A model generated the notes under the pieces. It did no database searches. It was not told where the DNA came from and worked only from the letters and a program-made list of their open reading frames with translations. A stretch of 64,000 nt of DNA from Lama glama (taxonomy: Eukaryota): the NCBI GenBank assembly GCA_028534125.1, contig CM052817.1:37264001-37328000 (forward strand), in the 5' to 3' direction. The position numbers and the translations under genes are program-made. The first letter of the stretch is position 1. Each line of letters begins with the position of its first letter. Shown here piece after piece: positions 13,501 to 25,500 of this stretch.

Positions 13501-16500
13501 AAAGAGACCTGGGCTGACCATGAAGCGGCCATGCTCATCAAGGTGCCCTAAGCAAGCGGAGTCAGGGTCCTGACAGGAAAGGCGGGGGGGCTGCCCCTCG
13601 CAGGCAGAGAGGACCTGAGGTTATGATGTTCAACATTAATATCACTTGGAATCCAGCAGGAAGTAAAACCAATGATACATGATCCTCTGATCATAAAATT
13701 AGTATACTGTTGGCTGACGTTTATATTTTCCAAAAGTTTCTAAGTAATGTTTCTAACTAGTGACATACAGCAGGCCAAGTTGTCTAGATCCATGATATCT
13801 AAATGGAGAGATTTCTTGGTCCAAAGAACTCGCTTTGTACAATTTCGGCTTGCTAATGAGGTTCTGTTCCAGAGCCTCAGGCAACAGGATTACCTGAGGA
13901 TTTAGAAAACACTGACGGGAGTGTGGAGTGCAAGGGGGTGGGGAGTGGCACACGTCTTGCCACCAGTTCTAAGGGCTCCCCTGGAGACTGGAATGTGCAG
14001 CCAGGGTTTGGAGCCACTGGTTCAGACCCTGATGCCGTCAGTCCCACAGCAGAGAGGCAGGGCCTCTTTCTCTGTGGCCCTCTCTTTCCCAGGGCCAGAT
14101 TTCTCAGCTGCCTGCCAGAGCTCTAAAGCAAGCATGCACTTGCCTAAGACGAGGGGGTCATTATTTCTCCATACTCTCACCAGAAAGATACATGAGCTGC
14201 CCTAGTGGAGCTCAGCCAAGGGCTGGGAACGGCTCTCAGAGGGCACAGTTCATACACTCAACAGGGACAGCTGAATTTTCCTTTCTGGAGCTGCAAGCAG
14301 AGCTTCTAGATTTGTACTGGAAACCGGACTGTGCTGAGAACGGTCTCAGGCAGTCTCCAATTTCCAATATTTCCACCAGGTTAGGAAGCACTTCACAAGT
14401 TAATACTTCTCCCTACTCCAGCTGGGGCAGTGGAGACTAGGTGATATGGCAGCTGGGGGAGAGATGATAAAAGATCTTCCAGGACGAGGTAAAAGAGTGT
14501 ATTTCTGAAGTTTTCACAGGTGTATTAGGTGCAAATACTTTTTTCCTAGCCTGGTCCATCACGATTTTCTCCATAAAGTTTTACATCTCTAACACGCACA
14601 CATTGTTTTAAAAGTTATCGTGTACGAGAATATGCTCACTTCTAGTTGAAACAACACCGCCAATGAGCACTTATCCCACCCCCACTGGACTTGCCCACTG
14701 CAGCTACGGTGGCAACACACACCCTCATGTCTCATTCGACAAGATTCTGGAAAAACCGCCGCCCTTCGCTATTTGATAAAGTCATGTTGTATTTTTAACC
14801 CAGTGGAGTAATCAGTCGAATGAGACATGACAGCAGCCTTCATGATCTTTTGGTCCTTGTTATTCTTAGCTCAACTTCCACAACTGAGTAAGAAGTTTTT
14901 TATGTATTTACAAGAGGGTTAAAGTTTTTATTCCTTTTCAGCAGGAAAGAGTTGGCCCTTCTCATGCTTTCCACACAGAATCTTGGGTAGGCTGGCTTGG
15001 GAACGCCGCTGGGGGAAAACACTGACTTATCTTTCATCACCAAGAAGCAGCAAAACACACAGCAAGAGGGCAATGATTCACAATAAAGGAGATTGTCCAA
15101 AATTGTGAGGGCATTAAATACAAGGATCTTTTCTTCTTTTTTTACTATGTTCATTCCTTAAGTGAGGCTTCCAAAAATTGTTATAAATACTCTATAATGG
15201 CTCTAAAACTTTTTCATAATATTCTGCTTATTAATAAAAAGTCATTAATGGAGGTCACAAACTCTTAAATCTGGTGGTTCAAAACTAATGAAGTGTTAGG
15301 TGGCATGAGTTAAAACACAGATGTAATAACAGTATTAACAAGATCAAACTACAGGTGTAAAATCTGGCGTGCGGCACTCATGTCAGTAATCCAGAATACT
15401 AATTAACATTTCAGTTCATGTAAGGTTTTAATTTCTAAGGCAAAACCTAACAGGCCAAGTGGTAAATACCAAATTATCAGAATAGATTAAAATGTACCAT
15501 TAAATGCCGCATCATTCTAATGAAGCAAGATATCCTTTTCAATGACTGCATCATCTTTTTCTTCAAACTAGCAAGACCGCTGAAGGAATTTGTCATTTAT
15601 TAACACGGATCTGCACAGTGGGAGAGGAGGGGTGTAGGAGAGAAGGCTACATGGAATCCAAAGATTTCCAGCCTCTTCGAAGACAACTCTGGGTTATAAT
15701 CAAGGCCCAAGACAGCCCCAAGCCCACAGCAAGTACGTTCCACACCGTGGAGGGAGGTCGGCCCCCACACTCACCTTTCTCTTCCTGGCCAATCTGCTCG
15801 GATTGTCTGAGCCTTTCTTCTCAGAATCCAGTTTCTTCCCTGCAGACGGCGGTTTGTACTCCGGTTTCTTCTGGCGGCCGACCTTCCCAGGGGGCTGGGG
15901 AATCCGAGAGAGGAGGTCGAGGGTGATCTTCACCATCAAGCTTCGCGGCGGCGGAGGGTCCCTGAGCGGGGACAGCTGCCTGGGGTCTCTCAAAGGCACC
16001 AGGGGCTTGTCCTTGCGGCGGTCCTCCTGCACGACCACGGCCAGGCGGCAGCCACTAGTCCTGGCGCCGGCGCCGCGGGCGGGGCCCTGGCTCTGCGTCA
16101 CGGGGACGAGGGCAAAGTGCTCGGGGCTCCTGTCCTCCGCACCGTCCTTCGCGGGCGCCTTCGGGGGCCCCGGGGGGCCGCTCCGGTGCTTCTTCCGCTC
16201 GCTCGGGGCGGGCACCGCCGGCTTGGGCTCGCGGCTCTCTCCGGCGCGGGGCCGCCCTTTCGTCTTCACCTTGGGCTTGTCTTTGGAAGGCTGGTCTTTG
16301 GCGCCGAGGGGAGGAAGTCCGGGCTCGCCCTCCACCTGCAGGCAGGCACGCGAGCCCGCCGGGGCGGAGGCCTTGCCGGCTTTTTTGGCTCCCACGGTCT
16401 GCCTCTGCGGGGGCTCCTGTTGGGCGGGGGACTTCTGACAGCTCCTCTTGCCTGCGTGGGGGCCTTCCGACGGCGGGGGCCGGGGGGCTTTGCTGGAGCT

Positions 16501-19500
16501 TCTGGGGGGAGGCTCTTTGGATTCCGAGCGCTCGTGGCCCGCGGTGGCACCGTCGCCGCCCTTGGCCTTACCGTCCGGGTGCCGGGCCGGGGGCTCGGCG
16601 CCGCCCGGAACCTCGGGGGGCACCGCAGGCTGGCTGACTTTGGTCAGCCAGTTGTCTAGCTGCCATTTGTTTACTGTTGGAGGCTCAGGCTACAAACAAG
16701 AAAAAGGAGAACGGGTTAACTGACCAATGACGACACTCTCCGTCTGGTTTAGTCACCTGATCCTCTAGGACTGCAGTGAAGATGCAGTGATCACCCCCAA
16801 CCTAAGGATTCAGGTCCTTTTGATCCTCCCCTAACTACAGGTCAAATTCTATTTAACTCCTCTTCTTTTCCATTTCTGATTTTATTTATTTGGGCCTTCT
16901 CTCTGTTTCTTGATTAGACTGGCTAAAGCTTCATTAATTTTAAAACAACTCTTAAACAATCTTCCAATTTTTTGGTGCCACTGGAGTTTTACTGTAGCAG
17001 ACACAGACTAACAATAGACCATTAGATTCTGACCAATGAAGACCGTTGGCAACTGCCGATAAGTCTGTATAACAAATACTCTGTTCCCCTGGCAATTACA
17101 CTGTAACTTAAACAGAACTGACACATTTTGGCTTGTAAACAATCTTATCAGAAAATAATAGGGAAAAGAAGAATGGAAAGAATCTTCTTATCAAGGATTT
17201 TTCAGAAGTTCAATGAATAAATGAAGTCAGTGATTATGGATGAGTTTCATGTTTTTATGCTCTTTTTGACATACTTTTCATACTTTCTTCAAGACTTGAT
17301 TTCATTTCTCTTATTTACAAACATTAATACAAAACACAGTTTTCAGTGTTTTCACAGACATACTGTATACTGATTTTCAAATTTTATACCTGGGTGATAA
17401 AAGCCAAGAGAGGTCACATTAGCAAACCATTAATCCCACTTGAATTCTTTAAAAATCAAACATGAAGTCTCTTGTTACAGGCAATCTGGTCTGAAATAGC
17501 ACCTACTTTCCTAAGAAACGCAGAGGCTCCAGAGCACACAAAAGCAATGAGATTATACTGATTATCTGTGCACTCAACTTGGCAAGTAAACAAAGTTCCT
17601 AACTTCTCCTGTTAACTGCTGTGGAAATCTTTGTTGCTAACTGACTCTTGATGCATCACATTGTTCTCTCTCCAACTGGGTTATTCAGATCTTATTAAAA
17701 GAATGACAAGGACACCTTTATCTCCAAATTTCACTCTTATTGCATACAGTGGTATACATGAGGTATTTATTTGGGCATTCCTAGAGGAATATTACTATTC
17801 CTATAAACGTTATGCTGTTTGAAAAATATTAGTGTCTAATAGAGTAAGCAATGGTTATACTTTTTTTTTAAAGGGCAGTATACCACTGACATGCTACATG
17901 TTTTTCTTAAGATCCATTTGACAGGTAGCTTTTATAAATGACTAAATCATTTCCATAATGTACAAGAAGTTAACTGAAAGATATTCCACATGGGGCTTAA
18001 CTGATTAGATCATGGATATGGAGCTCGCTCTGGTAAGTGGATGGTATTTTATGGAGAGGATTGTTAACAATTTTCTCAAGTCGAATATCCCAATTAAACT
18101 CTGTAAAAACATGCAAACTTAATATGTTTAAGATATGTAGATACAGTGTAAAGGCCTTGGGGGCCAGAAAAGGTTAGGTAATAAAATGATCAGGTAGCTA
18201 GTTTGAGTTTAGTGTGATTGCAACAAAATAGAACTAAGAGGAACTAGGAAGGACCACACTTTGGCCAGAAAGAGGGGCTGCGGAATTTTTTTTTTTTCTG
18301 CTCAAGACAACATACATTCTTTATAGCTCTCTTTACTTATATCAACTCTATACCCATGCTCTCATTTGAATTTCAGAGTAGGGAAAGAAGAAAGAAGCAA
18401 ATTACTCTAACAAAGTCCCAGGCGTTTTTTCACAGGTAATCTGAAACTGTATCCAATATTCTAACAAGACAGGACAATTGTTTACGGCAGAGAGAAGATT
18501 AGCACACAGTATCTACCTGTCAGACATTATTTCCTACAGAGACTTGAGGGTGTGGTAATACTAGTGGTTAACTGATTGGGACAAAGGATTAGATATGTCA
18601 TTTGTCAATCACCTCAGGAGCCAAATCCTTCAAACTTTTCTCAGGAAAGGTATAGCGATCTCTCACCAGGGCTACATTTATGACTGTACTGTGATCACTG
18701 ACACACTTGCTCTATAGAAGAGTATTTATGCGTGAACCAAAAGGGAAGGTCATTCCTGATATAAATAACATCCGCTTCCTCCACCCCAAAACGGGGCAGT
18801 GTAAGATATGCTTAGCAGTCCCTGAAGGAATATCCTGGCTACAGAAGTAAAACACATTTTCTTCCAGCGTGGTACTAAAAACGTCTAAAAGGAAGGCGTA
18901 TGGCCCAGTTGCAGGGCCATACTGAGCTGGCGTGCCCAGACAAAGGGAAAGGGTAGGGGCGATCCCTTCTGTGTACCTGCTATGAAGATGTAAAATGGAC
19001 AGAATTCCTTTAAGGTCAGATATTACTTGGGTGTTGGGATGGGGGAAAGTTTTACATGAGGGATTGATTAAAGATCGATTTTAGGATGAATTTTAAGAGT
19101 GTTAAGTGTTGGACAGAATCAAGGTTTGGACTTTCATTTCTTCCTCAGCCTTTCCTCATGCCCCACCCCAACCTCCCAGTGCTGGATCAACCCAAACACT
19201 GCACAGGAGAAGTACAAAAATATATGATTAATTTTCATTGAGCATTTTAATAACTTCGGCCATTATGTCCCTTAATTTCTCCTAACTTCTCAAATTGGCA
19301 AAAGTTTCTGTATTTCATTTTTTTAAATTTTTATTTATGTATTTATTTCATGTCACATAGCTTTATTATTTCTATATGCTTCCTTACGATAGCAACATAA
19401 TACTTAAATTTTAGGGGGAGGATGGGGCTCAGTGGTTGAGCCCATGCTTAGCATTCACAAGGTCCTGGGTTCAATTCCCAGTACCTTCATTAAAAAATAA

Positions 19501-22500
19501 AATAGATAAACCTAATTACCTCCTCCTCAACAAAATTTAAATAAAATAAAAATAAATAAATTTTATTATACCTAGATAAGTATTTATATTACACTGTCAT
19601 TCACTCTATATAATAATTTAAAAGGAGGAGGAGGCATTGCTTCTTAGTTTAAATATAGCTATATCCAACAGGGAACAAGCCCACATAAACATTTTCAAGT
19701 ATGTTAAAAGAAAGAAAAATTGAGGGGGAAAAAAATGTTGTATGGTAGACTGCTTTGGGTAATGTGGCCATTTTAACAACATTAATTCTTCCGATCCAAG
19801 AACATGGGCTATCCTTCCACTTCAAGTTTGTGTATTTTAGACTGAATTATGATTTTGAATAAAAAGCTTTTCTAGTCACAACACACATTCTACTTTTTCA
19901 GTAAAAAAAATCATAGTTGTGAGAGAGTATGAGCCCAAAACTTAAAAGACAAAGCTGCTTAGCAGGTAATCGACCACAATAGTCTACTACCAAAGAACTG
20001 GACAATGAAGAGATCAGAAAACTAAGCAGACCCCTGAATAACTGGGAAAATAATCATTTTCCCCTAAACTTCACATGTCTACTACTTAAGTGCAGCACTA
20101 CAAATGTGACGTGGCCCACGTATTCTCAAAAGCTGAGATCCACATTCTGACTTACACTATAAAGCAGAGACTGAAAGTGGCTTTCCCCCAAGTTCACCAC
20201 CAGCCCATTGACACACACACAACATTTCAGATCTCATAAGATCACAGGGCTTCTTCATCAAATGAATTTAAAATGGAGTCCTAAAGAGCACATTTCTCAG
20301 CATTAAAAATAAACGGGTGAGAAAGTTAAAACTAGTAACTATGGCCTATTATGGCATTCATGTAACTCTCAACTAGCACAGATTTACAGTAATGCAGGTA
20401 TTTATTTTAAAAGGAGAGAAACGTTGCTAAATACCTTGGGAGAAAAGTAAAAGTTTAAAATGTGCAAAGACAAAATACTTCTGAGGAAGCCAGGCTTTGA
20501 TACATAACATATAAAGCCATACTCAAGTCCAGATTTGCACATCAACACATGTACAAATATGACCTATTTAGGAAGGTGATTTTAAAAAGTAAAGTAGAAT
20601 AGGAACATCTATTTTTCATCTAAGAGCCTCTAAATCTAGTCCAGTAACCTTTTGAGAAACAAGACATATAACTTTCATTACTACAAGTACGAGATTAAAT
20701 TTTTTTCAAGTTTCAATTATTCAACCAAATCTGTGCCATTCCCATTTTACTTGAAAAGAATGTGATGATTTAGTTGGATTCACTTGCTTATATCAGGAAT
20801 CAAACACGTATGCAGATCTTTGAGTGAATAAGGTGAGACAGAGAGCACAGATCTGATGAACAGCAATGTGAACAACCACAGCATTTTTGCAGCACACATT
20901 TGGTACCTTGTTCCCTGGGACATAGAAAAATTCCTTCAACAGCAGTTACCATCTTACCAGGAAGCAGTGCCCCCAGAAACTGAGCAGTTTCTAAAATCTT
21001 AAAGGCACTTCAAGTGCAGCTAATGCTGATCAGGAAGCAGTGCCCCCAGAAACTGAGCAGTTTCTAAAATCTTAAAGGCACTTCAAGTGCAGCTAATGCT
21101 GATCTGTTTATTCACTCCACAAAATATTTACTGAGCACTTACTCTGTGCCAGACAGAATTCATGAACAACAAAGAAGATGACACTCAGTTATTTCCTCAT
21201 CCTCCCTTGCCCTGGGACATGGCTCCTCAGTCTCACTTCATCATCTCCAGATGTATTTGGTTAGTGCTCTAGGGCAGTGGCCTTGCTTTCTAAACAGCAG
21301 GACGAACACTGAAAACTTTTAACGCTTTCTTAATCAGAGAACCTCATTTCCTGGGATTCCTACCTAAAACATGTAAAATAATTTTCTATATACATGCTAG
21401 TTGGGTTCACTAAAAATACCTTCCCTTTTCACTAAGTATCCTTCCCCAGCAAACATTTCACATTGCTACTCTTAAGTTTTGAGGACATTTGGCAACCGTG
21501 TTAGTTGTTACTAAATTTCTGGTGTTTAACAATCCAGTAAATAGTATAAATCCTCCAGATAAATTTAGTGCTTGAGATTTTCAGGCTCATCTGTTTGTCT
21601 TTATAGTATCTCCCAAGGGTGGGTGACAGGCAAACACAATTATCCCTGCTTTCATGGGAAGGAGGGAGCAAGAAACTCAGTGCTGGCAAAACCACTTTGC
21701 CATCAATTTAATGCATGGCTTTTAGTGATTCAAAAATAGAACCTCTGAAGGCTTATTTCTAGTTCACGTTCCTGCCCTTTGCTAAATCAGGCTGTCCCCT
21801 TTTGATTTCCTTAATTCATGCATTCCTAAAATTTCAAAAAGACTCCTTATTAATATTAGAACAGCAGCCAAATGAAATGAGTTTTCCTCCTCTAAAGAAG
21901 GGAAGAGAAAATGGGGTGTGCACATTCTTAATGAGATGCTGTTCAAAACAGCTCTAGCAACAGTGGGAAAGAACCTATCGTCTTAAACAGGAGACAGACG
22001 ACTTCTCTCCCAAACCTCCACTGCCACACGTCTGGGAAGAAACCAGTAAACAGACACGGCTGGCTGCGCGTGCGCGTGCGCGTGCGCGGCAGCAGGCCCA
22101 CGCCGCCCGCGGACCCCACCGCGGCGACTCCAGCCCCGGGCACGGACCGCGCCCCTGAGACCACGGCCGGGAGGGGACCCGGTACCTCGGGAGCCGGGGC
22201 TTCTCGGGGCTCGTTCTCCTCGCTGTCACTTGAGCTGCTCTCGCTCTCCGAGTCCGAGGAGCTGTCTGAGTCACTGGTGCTCTCTGACTCGGCGCTGCTG
22301 GAATGTGCTGAGGCCGCCGCTTCTGGAAGCGGCTGTGGAGCGCTGCAAAGCAACCGGGCGAGAGTCAGGAGGACCCTGCGCGGCGGATTCCCTCCCTCCT
22401 TCCTCATTTCCTTCTTTGCCCATTTTTCTGCTACTCGAAAGAAAGGACCTCAAGACTCCCTAACAAAACTCAATGACCAGAGCATCCAGTTGAGAGAAAG

Positions 22501-25500
22501 GCCCTCAGTGGCTGCAAAATCTGTGAAAACCCTTAAAACGACTCACCACATAAGCGCATAAAAGAGAAACCTGTGGCATTCTGCTCCCGAAGAACATTTG
22601 GGGTTATACGAAATGTAAGTGAGATGCTGGGTGCTTTAAATTAGGGGTTAGCAAACCATGGCCTGAGCTGGCTGCCTGCTTTTCTAAATAAAGTTTTATT
22701 AGAACACATCCACATGTTATTTTATGTATTCTCTACGGCTGCTTCTATAATACAAAAGCAGAGTCAAGGGGTTGCAACACAGATATGTGGCCCACAAAGC
22801 ATAAAATATTTACTTTCTGACCCTTTTAAGTTTGCTGATGCCTGCAATACAAAACCCAAAGGAGTTAATTTATAAAAGAATAGCCAATATATTAAAATCT
22901 CCCTCTATTCTCAATGTGAGAACCACCTGTAGAGTAGCCAGAGACTACTGAATATAAACGGTGTTCCTCTGGAAAGTGTCCTCAAAGGCAATCCACTCAC
23001 ACTTCTTCTTGGGCAGAATCATAAAATGGGCCATCCTTTCAAGGTGGCTTAGCATCATCCCCAAACATCAGCTGAAGGAGAGATTAACTACTCCGAGTTT
23101 TAAGGACAGGGCAATAACTCTAGGTGGGTGAGAAAACACACAGTGATCACACTGCTGGACACATAGACACAGAATTTCAAAGCATATCGTAAAACCTTGC
23201 CCTACACAGAATTAGCCAAAGCAGTAAGTCAATAACTCTAATCCTGAAAGCCTCCAAATCAACCTAAAGTATTTCCAAAATAATTGTATTAGTTGTATTA
23301 GAATAAGTAGAATAATAAAAAATTATTAGATAATAACAAAATCACTAGCTGATGCAATTTTAAAATAAGCACTATACAACAGAATATTCTCATATAAAAT
23401 GTTGCGTCAAATTTGTGGTAGCTGGAAAGCTTCAGCCAGAGATAATCAGAATGAGACACACTTTCAGTATTATTCCTGCCTCTAGTATATCCTCTACCTT
23501 GACTTTTCCTTTTCCCCCACTCCACTTTTAAGTTAGGTTACTTTGTCGTATTTTGTAAGTTGTTATAAGACACCAGAAATTACTGAACAAAATGGGATAG
23601 AAATAAGTAAGCAATGCTTATGAATTCTTAAGACTTTGCATAACTACATGATCTTCCTTCACATTAACTATAACCTCAGCTATATTAGAGGCAGGTTCTT
23701 AGTGCTGAGCTTGTCTCAGACTAGATCACCACGTCTCAAGGGAGTAAAACAGCTACAGTGTAATCGAACAATTTGTCTATGGAGGACAGTTATTGGCATA
23801 TTAAAGCATTAAACTCAGTACCAGAGGAAATGGTAAAAAAGGTAGTTTAGATGGCTCGCATTTCCAAAAACTAAAAGCATCATCTTCTCAAATATGGCTA
23901 GCTGTTTACAAAGTGAAAACTATTCCACTTTCCATCACACTAAAATGCTGTCATTTTTAAAAGCAGCTGAAACAATTAGAAAATTCAGAACTAAGACAGG
24001 CACTATGGAAAATAATTTCTAGAAACAATTCACTTTTTTTTTTTTTTAGAAAAAAAATACAGCAAATCAGTCACTTTCATAAAAACATCGGGCTCTTCGG
24101 TGTAATTTTTCAAATACTGGTTACACAATACTAATGAAAGTGACTTAAGCCTATTTTTAACCTCTTGAGCATTTTAAACACAAAACTAAATAAAGATTTA
24201 GGTGGAGGCAGGGAGTTTCTCTTTTGTAGCATTAACAACCTCCCTAGGGCTGATTTAAGCTTCCAAAATATTAGACAGGTAATTTCTTTTAACTGATCCT
24301 CTATCTCCTTCTCCCATAATGAAGCTATGAAAGTGCTAAATAAGACTGCATTTTCCCCATTTGGTAGAAAAAAAGTAAACATTTTATACAGATGGGGAGG
24401 AACCCACACACGGTACCTTGGAGGTGCAGATGTGGAAGGAGGCTTCTCTGGGGTCTAGGCATTCACATTAAGGGGAAGAAGGAAGAGGGAAAGAACAAAA
24501 AACAGGTTAGGATAAGTGGCTCAGAAATATTAGATGGACTTAAAAGGACTCCTGGTACTGTGGGGTGTACAAAACTTACTTGATCGCTGTCACTGTCCTC
24601 ACTGTCACTGAGCTGAAGGTCATCTTTGAGCATGCTGGAATGGGCAGGGAAAGAGACAGTGTGGAGTTTAAAATAATGTCTAGTAACTTCTTTCAGCAGA
24701 TAAACAGAAAATATGCTTAACGAAACAGAAGTGATGGGATAGGTGTAACTTTTATTTATTTATCAAATACTTTATTTTCCTGGAAACGTTGAGTTTTACA
24801 ATTATAACACAGAAACTAGTTCAGTCCAAGCTCTTTACCATCTCAAAACTGAATCTTTCACATGTTCTGAGCATTAAAAACAGAACTACAAGTTTTACAA
24901 GGGGCTTGCTGCCATCCCTGAGACTGAAGTTTCCAGGCCCACACAAATAAAACAAACAAGAAAAAGAAGTAAAATCGAAAAAATATAATACAAATTATTT
25001 TTCCTATGGTCTCTAACAACTGGAATAAATGATTAAACATTCACTGAGTTACTTCAAAAGTGCTATCTATGAATTAAAATAAAATATATAGTAAGATGTA
25101 TGAGGCTTACCAAGGCAATTGTCACCAAACAGTGCAGTTACATTTTTGTTCAAAAGACATTATTATCAATATTGAGCTTATTCTCGCTCTCTCACACTCA
25201 CACACACTCACACACACACGCCTCCTCTTTTGTCTGCCTGAACATGAATCAGTGGAAAGAGTAGTTATACAAATAACACTGTTGTCTAAAAATATGTTTT
25301 ACCTTACTGCTATCATTCAGATAAAAATAAAAACTCAGTTCACTTCCTCAAAGTTTTATTAACACTTATCTCTAGGCACCCTGGTTTATGACAAACCTAA
25401 ATATTAAAAGCACACAATTCCGAATTTGTAAATCTTTACTCAAGTCTTAGCCCACTTCCCTATCCCCTCCCTCCTTCACCTTCTTCCATGAAGATACCAG

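Noticed and set aside
15803..16723. Long plus-strand ORFs (211, 180 and 91 aa)
   Set aside because: Stop-poor antisense frames of the GC-rich AFF1 exon.
17000..19150. Unassigned stretch that may be LTR/ERV- or DNA-transposon-derived
   Set aside because: I could not identify termini, TSDs or a reading frame; it needs RepeatMasker.
20958..21103. Direct repeat considered as a CRISPR-like array
   Set aside because: Only two abutting copies with no spacers, in a mammalian intron.
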